Below, piece after piece: positions 1 to 9,184 of a DNA stretch of 57,341 nucleotides. The position numbers were made by a program, and so were the translations under genes. Positions within the stretch are counted from its first letter, which is position 1. Every line of letters begins with the position of its first letter. The DNA is from a virus, in UHGV virus genome UHGV-0198624; one strand, written 5' to 3'. Under the pieces are notes generated by a model that saw only the letters and a list, made by a program, of their open reading frames with translations, had not been told where the DNA came from and did no database searches.

Positions 1-11
1 ATCACTGCCCG

Positions 12-30
12 TGATAGCAGTTTGATAGCA
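12..30 (+). promoter_or_regulatory. Putative integrase arm-type sites (TGATAGCA x2), P' arm of attP
   Basis: TGATAGCA at 12-19 and 23-30; the same octamer pair occurs at 57136-57155, on the other side of the tRNA-like core if the window is circular. Confidence 0.65.
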
Positions 31-51
31 AAAGCCTTCCAAGGGGCGGCC

Positions 52-1182
52 GTGAGAATCACAGAACCATACACAATCTTTCTAAGAAAACTTCCAAGCG
101 GACGGCAAATCTATTACTACCAGTTCAGGGACGAGGACGGAAGAAGATCCGCGGCATACTCAACTGGAACAGACAAAATATCACAGGCAAAAAGGATATG
201 CCAAAGGCTCTATAACGAGGGAAAATTCAGCTCAAGCAGGCAGCTTCTGTTCAGCACATTCTCAAGCGGATTTTTTGACGAAAATTCGCCGTACAACAAA
301 TGGAAAAAGACGAATGGAAACGAGCTTGCGCCGTCCACGCTGTCATCATACAAGAGGCTGCTTGAGATGCAGATTGTTCCCTACTTCGGGGATATGCCGC
401 TAAGGAAAATAACAACGGACACAGTGAAAAAATGGATTGTCTGGCTGAACGAAAACTGGTCTGCAAAGACAAGCAACAATGCGCAGTCTGTCCTGAATAT
501 AATCCTGAAATCCGCAAAGGAAAAGAAACTTATTTCGGAAGTTCCGTCTGCGGACTTGTCGTTCCGCAAGATAAAGAAAAAGAACAGGGAGCTTCTGACA
601 ACAAAGGAACTAAACAGAATTTACCATTCGCCGCTATGGGGTAAAGACTGGGAATGCGCAAGGCGCGCTTTTCTCACTTGCGCCATAACAGGAATGAGAA
701 TCGGCGAGATAGTCGGCTTACAGACATTCGAGGTCGGGAATGACAGGCTGAATGTCGAGCATACGCTACACCCCAAATTCGGGCTTGGCCCGACAAAGAC
801 TAGGGTCTGCCGATTTGTCCCGATTCCGAAAGTGCTAAGGCTAAAGGAACAATGCGGAAGCAGATGGGCATTCCAGAAAATAGACGAAGAGAAGCCTTGC
901 CTCGCGGGGTTCATATACAAGCGGCTCATGCTTATATGCGATTCACTCGGAATAGACCACAAGGCAAGGGGGATAACCGTCCACTCGCTGCGCAATATGT
1001 TCATATCGTATATGCGAGGCTCTTCGTTCGGGGAGACAATAGACCTGAAAATAAAGGCGGTTGTCGGACACGCCGATGAATCGATGACAGACTGGTACAC
1101 ATATTGGAAGCCGGAAATGTTCCCGGAGATATATGAGATTCAGGAAAAGCTATTCAAGGAAATAACGGAGGGCGAAAAATGA
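52..1182 (+). CDS. int: Tyrosine integrase
   Basis: N-terminal arm-binding-like region, SAM-like domain, catalytic motifs TGMRIGE, HSLR, GH and C-terminal Tyr; GTG at 52 follows AAGGGG (ORF track starts at 22). Confidence 0.93.
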   Translation: MRITEPYTIFLRKLPSGRQIYYYQFRDEDGRRSAAYSTGTDKISQAKRICQRLYNEGKFSSSRQLLFSTFSSGFFDENSPYNKWKKTNGNELAPSTLSSYKRLLEMQIVPYFGDMPLRKITTDTVKKWIVWLNENWSAKTSNNAQSVLNIILKSAKEKKLISEVPSADLSFRKIKKKNRELLTTKELNRIYHSPLWGKDWECARRAFLTCAITGMRIGEIVGLQTFEVGNDRLNVEHTLHPKFGLGPTKTRVCRFVPIPKVLRLKEQCGSRWAFQKIDEEKPCLAGFIYKRLMLICDSLGIDHKARGITVHSLRNMFISYMRGSSFGETIDLKIKAVVGHADESMTDWYTYWKPEMFPEIYEIQEKLFKEITEGEK

Positions 1183-1940
1183 GAGTAACAAGAGCCATAG
1201 ACGCAACACATGATGAAGTCGAGAGCGCAAAGCAGTCGGCATTGCAGCTCATGGGAAGTCAGAAAGAGACAATGGACTTATTCTATGCAAGCGACCTTGA
1301 GGACATCGAGAAAGGAATAAAAAGGTTGAACGAGTTTTCAAGCAAGTCATGGCTTGTTTCCGCTCTTCTGCTTTACACAATGATATTCAACAACAGCCTC
1401 TACCGGGACTCCGGGCTTGACTGGAGGCACTACACACAGCAGGCAAGGGAGCGTCTAGGACTGGACAACAGGGATATAACAGACCAACTCTGCGCCGCAA
1501 GATTCTTTATCCGACACCATGAGAAAATGGAAAAAGCCGGATTCGATTTCCAGCACATAAGCACATCGAAACTGGCAAGAGCGGAGCTTGCCCTTTCGCT
1601 CTGCAAGAACGCAAACGAGGTGATAAAAAAACTTGTAGAGACAAAATCATTCGCGGAATTCAGAGAATGGTACCAGTCATTGAAGCCGGCAAAAAAACTT
1701 CTCGACAATGACAGAATCAGAAAAGAGATAGAGCCAAAAAAATTTTCAATCAACGGAATCAGAGCCGTTGAAATTTCAGCAGACATTCCAGAAGATGACC
1801 AGATGCGGCTAAAAAACTACATAAAGGAAATAATGGAGGCTATGGCGGGAGGCTATGAGCCTGCCATAATCCCGGTGTATGACAAGAAAGAGGCAAAGGC
1901 ACTTGTAAGCCTAAGAGACAAAAGACGGCGGGAGAGATAG
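1179..1940 (+). CDS. Hypothetical helical protein, possibly DUF3102/spirochaete plasmid-partition-like
   Basis: ATGA overlap with int; the pattern LY..G..W..Y....RLGL loosely resembles those families. Confidence 0.6.
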   Translation: MRVTRAIDATHDEVESAKQSALQLMGSQKETMDLFYASDLEDIEKGIKRLNEFSSKSWLVSALLLYTMIFNNSLYRDSGLDWRHYTQQARERLGLDNRDITDQLCAARFFIRHHEKMEKAGFDFQHISTSKLARAELALSLCKNANEVIKKLVETKSFAEFREWYQSLKPAKKLLDNDRIRKEIEPKKFSINGIRAVEISADIPEDDQMRLKNYIKEIMEAMAGGYEPAIIPVYDKKEAKALVSLRDKRRRER

Positions 1941-1972
1941 ATTGCTTTTTATTAAAATGATAAAATCAAGAC

Positions 1973-2197
1973 ATGAAGCAATCAGAAATAACTGTATCAA
2001 TGCCGATGACTGCATTTAGGGAGCTTGAGGAGGCAAAAAAAAACTATGACCGCCTTTCAGAAAAGCTCAAGGAATGCTTTTCGCTCTCCTCTGAAAACAG
2101 GAGTCTAGTTTTTTTCGACCAAAGCAAAGCCCTTGAAATCTGTAAGGAATTTCTGCCGTATAGATACAAAGACTGCGACATAGCCTCTGTCAGCTGA
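1973..2197 (+). CDS. Small hypothetical protein, probably leaderless
   Basis: 74-aa ORF; TGaTAAAAT extended -10 lies 6 nt before the ATG. Confidence 0.6.
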   Translation: MKQSEITVSMPMTAFRELEEAKKNYDRLSEKLKECFSLSSENRSLVFFDQSKALEICKEFLPYRYKDCDIASVS

Positions 2198-2282
2198 CAA
2201 GAATTGAAAAGCTCAAGCTGCTGTTTCTGGCGGAATCCATGTTCCTCAAGAAATCCATGCAGTCGCCGTTGAACAGCGTTAC
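2190..2282 (-). pseudogene. Relic of a beta-class (N4/N6) DNA methyltransferase
   Basis: Translates VTLFNGDCMDFLRNMD, a typical N-terminus; QQLELF follows in another frame; no start codon. Confidence 0.45.
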
Positions 2283-3479
2283 TTACTCCAAGGCTCTACT
2301 CCCTTTATGTTCATCTGTCGGAAAATAGCCATAAGCACATCTTTCACAATGGAATTTCCGGCTTGCTTGTACAGCTGACTATTGCTATTGACCGCCTGTG
2401 CTTTCTCAAAATCTTCGTCAGAAAAGCCCATAAGCCGCCAAATTTCACGGCAGGTTAATTTTCGGATTCTATAACGCGTCCTCTGCTCGTCATCATCGGA
2501 TTTATATTCTCTTTCATTCATAACAACTTCATCAACAACCATTGGTTGCCTATTTCCTCCCTGCATTGTGTTCAAAGTCGGAGACAATCCGCTCTTGTCA
2601 TAGACACGGTTAGTATTAGGATTGCTCCGCTTGCTTTCCGAAAAGTTTCCAATCTGCCTGACTGCGACCATTATTCCGTCCCCCCCCATTGGATAGAACT
2701 GTCGGCGAGATTCCGTCATGGCTATACACGCTGTAGCCTGTCTGGAACGCTCCGCCTTTTCTCTCATGTCTCGGCAGTCCGCCGAGAAGATTTATTTCCG
2801 CCATTTTTTCCTCCAAATAAAACGGTCTAAAACTTGCCGTGATTGCCGCTGAAATTTTATCCGTCCTATAAATTCTGTCTTGAAAAGATGTTTCTTTTCC
2901 GTTTTCGTCATAAAGATTTATGCACTCTGGCTTTATCATTTAATTTCAATAACTCCGTTCTGCACATCGAACCCAGTGCCGAATCCTTTGTAGTCCCTTG
3001 CGCACAATGTCTTCGCACATTCATTGTCAATTTTTCTCACTTCATTGTAGTTCATCAGACACATCCGCCGCCCCCCCCGTTCTTGCCGTCAAGGATTCCC
3101 CGGTTTTCCAAGTCAACAATCAGCTTGTAAGCCTTTTCAGACTTCAAGTAATACTTTTCGTCAACCTCATCTTCAAGGTAATCTTTCATCCGCTTAGTCA
3201 ATTTTATAGGCTTCGGGAATTTATAAATTTCATTCCCCAAAATCGAAACCATAAAGCAGCGTTTTCTATTTTGCGCCACTCCGTAATCTTTCGCGTTCAA
3301 GTCCTGCCAGAAGTTGCTGTACCCCTTGCTTTTCAAGAAGTCAATCCATAAATTAAAATCATCAATGTTTTTTGAGCCGTGAACCTGCGGCACATTCTCC
3401 ATAAGAAGAACCTGCGGAAGATTTTCCGTCTCTTTCAAAAGCCGCTCGACTTCCCAAAGCAAGCCCGATGACGTTTTCC
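2279..3479 (-). pseudogene. Fragmented C5-cytosine DNA methyltransferase in four pieces: 3055-3479, 2936-3055, 2616-2939, 2279-2671
   Basis: Motif VI (ENV), VIII (QNRKR), IX (RKLT.RE..RLMGF) and X (QAGNS) present; TRD-like repeats; motifs I and IV absent; G8 tracts at two junctions. Confidence 0.85.
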
Positions 3480-3580
3480 TTTCCGAACGATTCGCAGGCC
3501 TTATTTAACGCATCTTCTTCTGATGTGGCTATGACTTTGCGTATCTCCATAGTTTTTAACCTGATATAGAATTTGCTCAT
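3362..3580 (-). CDS. Small hypothetical protein overlapping the truncated MTase
   Basis: MSKFYIRL... after a GAGG RBS. Confidence 0.5.
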   Translation of the reverse strand: MSKFYIRLKTMEIRKVIATSEEDALNKACESFGKENVIGLALGSRAAFERDGKSSAGSSYGECAAGSRLKKH

Positions 3581-3582
3581 AA

Positions 3583-3786
3583 TCACCTCTTGAAAATCAG
3601 CCTTGCGAAAAACTCTATGATGCAGACGCCGGCAACAGCTGGAAGCACAAGCCACCAGATGCAGAGGCAGATTGAAAAGCTCTGCCTGTCAAACTCATCA
3701 TCGCCGACAACGCTCGCAAGCCAAGCGGTGAAATAAGCCATTAAAATGTATGCAACCGCCAAACCTATTCTAAAAAGAAAAGCCAT
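3583..3786 (-). CDS. Small two-TM membrane protein
   Basis: Two hydrophobic segments. Confidence 0.6.
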   Translation of the reverse strand: MAFLFRIGLAVAYILMAYFTAWLASVVGDDEFDRQSFSICLCIWWLVLPAVAGVCIIEFFARLIFKR

Positions 3787-3797
3787 TTTCCAGCCCC

Positions 3798-4253
3798 TTA
3801 CAGCCATGAAATTCTAACATCAAAAAAATTGTCATAAGACACCCATTCAACATTAAAGCCATTTGAACGGAAATGCTTTGCAATTTCATTTCTTTCAACA
3901 TCCTTTAATTTTTTTTTATTAAAATCTTTCAAACAGACATTCGCATAACTTTCTCCATTTTCTGCACTTTTTTTTATAGAACTGTTAATCAGTTCAATTG
4001 CCATGCCTACACTTTCATAGTCAATTGCTTTTTTTTGCAACATTCTTGCTTCGTCTGCTGTCATTGTTCCTTTGAACTTCCGTCCGCTCTCAATTTTCTT
4101 GACCAGCTCATCCATTCCGTTAAAAGCCAGTGAACAGCCCATGCAGTCAGCCATGTATGCGAATGCTACAATCTGCCCTTTCTCAAAGGCTTCCGGCTTG
4201 TCGAAAATTTCGCCTTTTATCTCCTCGTATTCTGAAAGTTTCATTAAAATCAT
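3798..4253 (-). CDS. Hypothetical protein
   Basis: Coupled ORF in the leftward operon. Confidence 0.65.
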   Translation of the reverse strand: MILMKLSEYEEIKGEIFDKPEAFEKGQIVAFAYMADCMGCSLAFNGMDELVKKIESGRKFKGTMTADEARMLQKKAIDYESVGMAIELINSSIKKSAENGESYANVCLKDFNKKKLKDVERNEIAKHFRSNGFNVEWVSYDNFFDVRISWL

Positions 4254-4759
4254 TCATTAACCTCCCATTTGTCAAAATTCCTGCACTTTAAAGTTACAAG
4301 AAGTTTGCAAAAATTATCTTCATAGTCAAACATTGCATACTTGCAGTTTTTACAGCATTTCAAACACTCGCACTTTTTTGCAAGCTCTTCCGTGGCTTCG
4401 TCAGCCTTGATATGGAACACATCATCAAACAGCTTCTTAAAGCCGTCAACGTTTTTCTTGCTCTTGTCGTACAGTCCCCTAATCATTCTTACATCAGCCT
4501 TCTTAGTCTCAAGCTCTTTTTCAGCTTTTGAAAGTCTGCGCTTCAAGTCGGAGATAATTTCAACGGCTTCTTTCTCTGAAAGGCGGAACGCCTCGTTTTC
4601 TATTTCAAGCCGCCTCTTGCCAGATGCAAGCCTTCCTATTCTTCCGCTCTGGCTCTTCATTCCGGCAAGAAAAGCCATTTCCATCTGAATGTACTCATCG
4701 CTCGGAGTGTTTTCATTTGTAAAGTTGTGCTCGTCTATAAAATTCCACCATGCCTTCAT
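4250..4759 (-). CDS. Coiled-coil protein with C-terminal CCxNC Cys cluster
   Basis: Heptad-rich sequence; KCCKNCKY...C...C. Confidence 0.7.
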   Translation of the reverse strand: MKAWWNFIDEHNFTNENTPSDEYIQMEMAFLAGMKSQSGRIGRLASGKRRLEIENEAFRLSEKEAVEIISDLKRRLSKAEKELETKKADVRMIRGLYDKSKKNVDGFKKLFDDVFHIKADEATEELAKKCECLKCCKNCKYAMFDYEDNFCKLLVTLKCRNFDKWEVNE

Positions 4760-5070
4760 GGCTTAATCCTCCATAGATTCTTGTCCTTGCATTCGCCGCA
4801 AAGCCTGCAACCTTTGACTTTTTGCAAAGGACTTTCATTGAATCTAAGCTTGCCGTCCATAGGGGCGCAAGTGGCATATTCAACGAAATTGGCGCAGTTT
4901 TCACAGCACTTCATCTTTTCAACTTGCTGCTCCAACTCTTCAATTCTCTCTTTTGCACTTCGGCAAATACTGCTTACAACAATGTGGAATGTTGAATAAT
5001 TTCTGTTTTCATTTTCTTTGGCACATTGAAGCAATGCGTTTTTAATTTCACGTCTTTCTTTGTCTGTCAT
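4756..5070 (-). CDS. Hypothetical protein with KCCENC Cys cluster
   Basis: Cys motif resembles that of the neighbouring ORF. Confidence 0.65.
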   Translation of the reverse strand: MTDKERREIKNALLQCAKENENRNYSTFHIVVSSICRSAKERIEELEQQVEKMKCCENCANFVEYATCAPMDGKLRFNESPLQKVKGCRLCGECKDKNLWRIKP

Positions 5071-5683
5071 CTTTTACCTCGCTATTTAAGAATTGCTCTG
5101 CTTTTTCACAAAGTTCGTTCCACAAGTCTGTGTATTCTTGTGGGTGGATCGGGTCAAACTCAATCTCATTATTTACAAACTCCGAAAACTTTTTAATTAT
5201 TTCTTTTGCTTTGGTGAGCTGCTCATCTCCTTTACACCAATTATTTAACACGCTATTTGCTTCGCCTTTCAGTTCTGTGTTTTCCTTACAGATAATCTCA
5301 AATCCTTGTTGTAGTACTGGGTCTTTAAGTACCATGCTGATTCTGTTTTTAAGTTCATCTTTAATCTCCTTTGGAGGCGTAATTTCTTTCCAAGCATAAA
5401 CCTTTAGTTCTTCTGCTTTATTATTTGACCACCATCTAATTTTATTATCTCCACCAATTATTGTATGTCCAATGCTATAGAATTTAACATTAGCTGCTTT
5501 ACAATAACACAATACGTTTTCACATTCTTTAGGATATTCACCTTTTGACGAGTAATGCCATTCATTAGCCTTGTTGTAGCCAAACTCTGCACCGTCTCGA
5601 AATGAATGTAAACAAGCACCATAAGAAGTATGAAACTCTTTTTCACAATCTTTTGCATAATTTTCTGCTTCTTTCTCAAACAT
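5048..5683 (-). CDS. Mosaic phage protein with a DUF551-like segment
   Basis: EWH.....P...ENVL...V.AW pattern. Confidence 0.65.
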   Translation of the reverse strand: MFEKEAENYAKDCEKEFHTSYGACLHSFRDGAEFGYNKANEWHYSSKGEYPKECENVLCYCKAANVKFYSIGHTIIGGDNKIRWWSNNKAEELKVYAWKEITPPKEIKDELKNRISMVLKDPVLQQGFEIICKENTELKGEANSVLNNWCKGDEQLTKAKEIIKKFSEFVNNEIEFDPIHPQEYTDLWNELCEKAEQFLNSEVKDDRQRKT

Positions 5684-5803
5684 ACTTCCTCACTTGTTCT
5701 CTATCATGAATCAATATACACCCACTCACTGTCGGACTTATCCCAACTGTTCATTGGGTTGCGCCTGCCATGTTAAAAACCTCAGTATTCTCAAATTTCA
5801 TAA

Positions 5804-6196
5804 CTAGCTCCTTATGCAGTCCCTTATTTTCCTTGCGGCTTCAACTCTCTGTTTTCTTGAATGCCCCGGGCTTTTTGCAATCGTATATAAAGAATTGTCC
5901 TCGCAGCAAAACATTTTATACTTTCTGAACAAAGGGCATTCTGAACATCGCGAATAAAAATCGCATAAATAGCAGTCGTATAAAATTGATTCATTTTTTG
6001 AATTTACCCTGCAAAAAGACACTTTCAGGCTGTCAACAAAATTTGACGCTCTCAAGTCTCTCGGCTTGGCTTTCTCAAGCTCCCCTGCGATATAGTCCCA
6101 CATCTCATAGTGCAGGATATGGAAACGCCTCTTTTTATCTTTGCGTTTAAAAAACAAAGACAGTATGCCCATCAAGCTTTTTCTTGCACTAGCCAT
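5804..6196 (-). CDS. Cys-rich hypothetical protein
   Basis: CYLCDFYSRCSECPL. Confidence 0.65.
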   Translation of the reverse strand: MASARKSLMGILSLFFKRKDKKRRFHILHYEMWDYIAGELEKAKPRDLRASNFVDSLKVSFCRVNSKNESILYDCYLCDFYSRCSECPLFRKYKMFCCEDNSLYTIAKSPGHSRKQRVEAARKIRDCIRS

Positions 6197-6329
6197 TCTT
6201 TTCCACCTTGCCGAAGTAGCAGTAGGGGCATCTCTTGCCTAAAAGATTTCTTGTGTCAACGATGTTGAACCCGCGCCAGCAGAAGACGCATACGGAGTAC
6301 GTCTTTTCTGTCTTTCTAAACGCCTTCAT
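6189..6329 (-). CDS. 46-aa zinc-ribbon protein (not in ORF track)
   Basis: MKAFRKTEKTYSVCVFC...KRCPYCYFG; GGAGG RBS. Confidence 0.55.
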   Translation of the reverse strand: MKAFRKTEKTYSVCVFCWRGFNIVDTRNLLGKRCPYCYFGKVEKNG

Positions 6330-6591
6330 TTTTTCCTCCTGCGGAATCCCCGAACTTTATGGACTTTATCTTGTCCATGACAATTGAGAAATACACAGGC
6401 GTAAAGCACGCCGCTATTGAGAATGCGGAGAATATTATCTCCGTCATCTCAAGTGATTCGAAGTTTCCGCTCGCTATTATCTTGGCGAACTTGAGTGCAG
6501 ACCAGCCCCCTATCCATACAGCCGCTATCACCTGCGCAAAAAGCGAGTACTCCTTTGCTCCTTTTTTCTTCTTTCCGTCAGCCTCTGTCAT
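6316..6591 (-). CDS. Two-TM membrane protein, holin-like topology
   Basis: Basic N-terminus, two hydrophobic helices, charged tail. Confidence 0.65.
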   Translation of the reverse strand: MTEADGKKKKGAKEYSLFAQVIAAVWIGGWSALKFAKIIASGNFESLEMTEIIFSAFSIAACFTPVYFSIVMDKIKSIKFGDSAGGKNEGV

Positions 6592-6695
6592 TTTTTGCCT
6601 CCGTTTATAATCTGCTCTATTCTCTGCCGGGTTACACCGAAAGCGTCCCCGATGCTCTCATAAGTGAATCCGTTCCTTGCAAGGCACTCTATCAT
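6588..6695 (-). CDS. 35-aa sigma-region-4-like HTH peptide
   Basis: GFTYESIGDAFGVTRQRIEQII; overlaps both neighbours. Confidence 0.45.
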   Translation of the reverse strand: MIECLARNGFTYESIGDAFGVTRQRIEQIINGGKK

Positions 6696-7036
6696 CTCGT
6701 CCCTTGAGGCTGTTGTTTTTTTCTGCCGGTTTTCGGTCTGAAAGGCTTCACTCCAAGCTCTCTGCAAGCCCTAGCTACAGTTGCATAGGAAAAGCCGCAT
6801 TCGTCTGCAATCTCGCTGATTGACTTTTCCTTGTGCGAAAGAAGTATGCAGTTTTTCAGAGCCTCTTTTCTTCTTCCGCAGTTGCTGAGCACTGGAAGCC
6901 CCATCCGCTCGTATATGCCTCTTGCCGTCATCTGGCTTATGGAGAGTGCCTGCGCTATCTCGCCAAGCGTCTTGCTCTTGGCGTTCGCAAGTATGTAGCT
7001 TTTCCGGCTATCCATTATTTTCTGTCTTTCAGTCAT
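6692..7036 (-). CDS. Tandem HTH DNA-binding protein
   Basis: KTLGEIAQALSIS and KSISEIADECGFSYATVARA. Confidence 0.75.
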   Translation of the reverse strand: MTERQKIMDSRKSYILANAKSKTLGEIAQALSISQMTARGIYERMGLPVLSNCGRRKEALKNCILLSHKEKSISEIADECGFSYATVARACRELGVKPFRPKTGRKKQQPQGTR

Positions 7037-7368
7037 TTCTTGTCTCCCCTGCCCTCTGCTCTTAGCCTGTTTTTCTCAAGGCAACTTGACATTGCCTTGT
7101 TCAGGTCGATTCCCTCGGCATGGGCGATTATTGCGGCGCAAGAGATTACGTCCGCAAGCTCGGAGGCGAAACGGTCTTTAAAAATTTCCTGCTCGGGCTT
7201 GTTCAGCTGCGGATAGCAGTCCATCCTTGTGTACGCTTCCATTGCCTCGACAACTTCCGTTGCGCAGTGTTTGAGCATATCCCTTGTCTCAACGGATATA
7301 TTCGCGCCGTTTTCCTGCCGCTTCCTTGCGGTTTCATAGCTTGCCTTTGCAATCTCATTCAAGTTCAT
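7033..7368 (-). CDS. MazG-like nucleotide pyrophosphohydrolase
   Basis: EVVEAMEA ... ELADV acidic metal-binding motifs. Confidence 0.8.
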   Translation of the reverse strand: MNLNEIAKASYETARKRQENGANISVETRDMLKHCATEVVEAMEAYTRMDCYPQLNKPEQEIFKDRFASELADVISCAAIIAHAEGIDLNKAMSSCLEKNRLRAEGRGDKK

Positions 7369-7724
7369 CCTTCATCTTCCTCCAGCTCGCACTCAAAATC
7401 ATCAAGCAGTTCAATTGTTTTATCCAAACAATTCTCATCGTTGTAGATTAAATCTACTATTTTGGATTTCAATTCAAAAAACTGCTGTCGTAGCTTTTTG
7501 TTTTCTTCTCTGAAACTTGCGTTTTCAGTTTCAAGCGAATGAATCCGCTGTCTAAGGCTTTCAATGTATTTCTTTCCGCATTGAAGCTCACGCTCGTTTT
7601 TCTTTCCTATTTCGTAGCCGTCTGAATAGCCGGCATTGTATGCTTCCTGTAATTCTTCAGTTCCCATGTCCCTAGTTTCCAATTCATACTCTTTCGCTTT
7701 TTTCTCAAGTTCTTCTTCTGTCAT
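7365..7724 (-). CDS. Coiled-coil hypothetical protein
   Basis: AYNAGYSDGYEIG motif followed by a coiled coil. Confidence 0.65.
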   Translation of the reverse strand: MTEEELEKKAKEYELETRDMGTEELQEAYNAGYSDGYEIGKKNERELQCGKKYIESLRQRIHSLETENASFREENKKLRQQFFELKSKIVDLIYNDENCLDKTIELLDDFECELEEDEG

Positions 7725-7725
7725 T

Positions 7726-7998
7726 TTATGCTCCCCACTGCTCCTTTCTGTACTTTCTTCTAATCCGCCAACATTCAAACTTATCAACCAGCTTGATTAT
7801 AAAAAGCGGAATGAAACAGCCTGAAAAATTACCAAGCAAAAAGACTTTTGAAAAAAGCAGAAGCAATACTTTACAAGCTCTACCCTCGTCAATACAGCAC
7901 CCTTGCTCTGAATAATCAGACCAGTGGCAAGGGCATTTACTGCATTTTTTGCATTGATGGTTTTCAACTATTTGTTCTATTTTTTTTAGAACATTCAT
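7726..7998 (-). CDS. Cys-rich hypothetical protein
   Basis: CKKCSKCPC and a hydrophobic stretch. Confidence 0.55.
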   Translation of the reverse strand: MNVLKKIEQIVENHQCKKCSKCPCHWSDYSEQGCCIDEGRACKVLLLLFSKVFLLGNFSGCFIPLFIIKLVDKFECWRIRRKYRKEQWGA

Positions 7999-8324
7999 TC
8001 TTCAACCTCCTTTACATTCACCAGATGAATCGCATACACCAGCTTGTCTATATGCAGGTCTGTATCTTTTCCGTCAACAATTTCTATTTTTGTTATAAAT
8101 GCGCTTAACCTTTTTTTTGGGTTATAACCACACTGAAAAAAACATTCAATTGGCCAGGCAAACTCTTTAACTTTTTCATATTCGTATGGGATTTTTTTAA
8201 ATGGTAAGCAATTTGTATGCCACAGTCTAGTTTCCCAATATGGTTTTACTTCCCGATATTCAATCGTCTTTTCACCGCTTTTTATTTTTTCATACCATTC
8301 TTTTTTAAGTGGAAATATCAACAT
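7995..8324 (-). CDS. ASCH/PUA domain protein
   Basis: LKKEWYEKIKSGEKTIEYR (GxKxxExR signature). Confidence 0.85.
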   Translation of the reverse strand: MLIFPLKKEWYEKIKSGEKTIEYREVKPYWETRLWHTNCLPFKKIPYEYEKVKEFAWPIECFFQCGYNPKKRLSAFITKIEIVDGKDTDLHIDKLVYAIHLVNVKEVEE

Positions 8325-8333
8325 GGCTTACTC

Positions 8334-8495
8334 CTATATTAAAATCGATAAAATATAAATACCAGCTTCAATACAAGTGGAAATTACAAACAGCAAAGTT
8401 CCTACAAAGAGTTTATTTCTTTTTAAACATCTTAGAAATAAATACGAGTCTACAATCGTAATAAAACAAGCAAAATATCCTAGCCAAAATTTCAT
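8334..8495 (-). CDS. 53-aa two-TM peptide (MKFWLGYF...)
   Basis: Read by hand; paralogue of 8679-8846. Confidence 0.55.
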   Translation of the reverse strand: MKFWLGYFACFITIVDSYLFLRCLKRNKLFVGTLLFVISTCIEAGIYILSILI

Positions 8496-8662
8496 TTTTC
8501 CAACCTTATTTTCTCAAAGACCATATCAAGGGGCAGAAGCACCTTGTACCTATCGCCGTTAACATCGGTTACAAGCGTCCGCTCCCAGCCGAAGTCGCTG
8601 TCTGTTTTCTCGCCGCTCCTGATTTTTTCGTACCATTCTTTTTTAAGTAGAAAAATCAACAT
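8492..8662 (-). CDS. 56-aa chimeric ORF starting with a copy of the ASCH N-terminus
   Basis: MLIFLLKKEWYEKIRSGEKT, then unrelated sequence; GGAGG RBS. Confidence 0.55.
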   Translation of the reverse strand: MLIFLLKKEWYEKIRSGEKTDSDFGWERTLVTDVNGDRYKVLLPLDMVFEKIRLEK

Positions 8663-8678
8663 GGCTTAACCTCCTTTA

Positions 8679-8846
8679 CTATTCTCCGATGAAATTGGAT
8701 AGAAAGCAGATGATGACCGCGGCGACAATCGCAAGTGTATACAGCAATATTCTTGCAACGCAGTTTTTTCTGTTCATGTTTCCAAAAACCAGATATGACC
8801 ATAAAAACATAAAAAAACCAGTGAAATACCCCAGTAAAAATTTCAT
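8679..8846 (-). CDS. 55-aa two-TM peptide (MKFLLGYF...)
   Basis: Read by hand; ATGA overlap with the upstream gene. Confidence 0.55.
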   Translation of the reverse strand: MKFLLGYFTGFFMFLWSYLVFGNMNRKNCVARILLYTLAIVAAVIICFLSNFIGE

Positions 8847-9184
8847 GCACTTTTCCTCGCTTCCTCGATTATCTCATCGTACTTATGCCCGGAGTGGGCT
8901 TCGGCGAAAGACTGGAGAGCCTTCAATGTGTCATCGTCAAATGACTTTACAAGGTATTTCTGTCTTTCCCCAGGCAGTGTGTACGGATTGTTCTCGAAGT
9001 CGTATCCCTCGATGTTGGTTATCTCGTACCATACTTTTTTTTCCTTGTAGTCATATACGGCGCGCCATGTCTCAATGTCCATATCCATACTTACATCGTA
9101 GTCAGTTAAAACGGTAAGCCATATCAGAAAAAGCCCCTTGTAATCGAACGGCTCCTCAACTTCCTTTTCAAGCGTTACAATCAT
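8843..9184 (-). CDS. Acidic hypothetical protein
   Basis: Coupled ORF. Confidence 0.65.
   Translation of the reverse strand: MIVTLEKEVEEPFDYKGLFLIWLTVLTDYDVSMDMDIETWRAVYDYKEKKVWYEITNIEGYDFENNPYTLPGERQKYLVKSFDDDTLKALQSFAEAHSGHKYDEIIEEARKSA

Noticed and set aside
8656..8850. ORF-track 64-aa protein
   Set aside because: The overlapping frame 8679-8846 has an ATGA-coupled start and a clear paralogue at 8334-8495, so it was preferred
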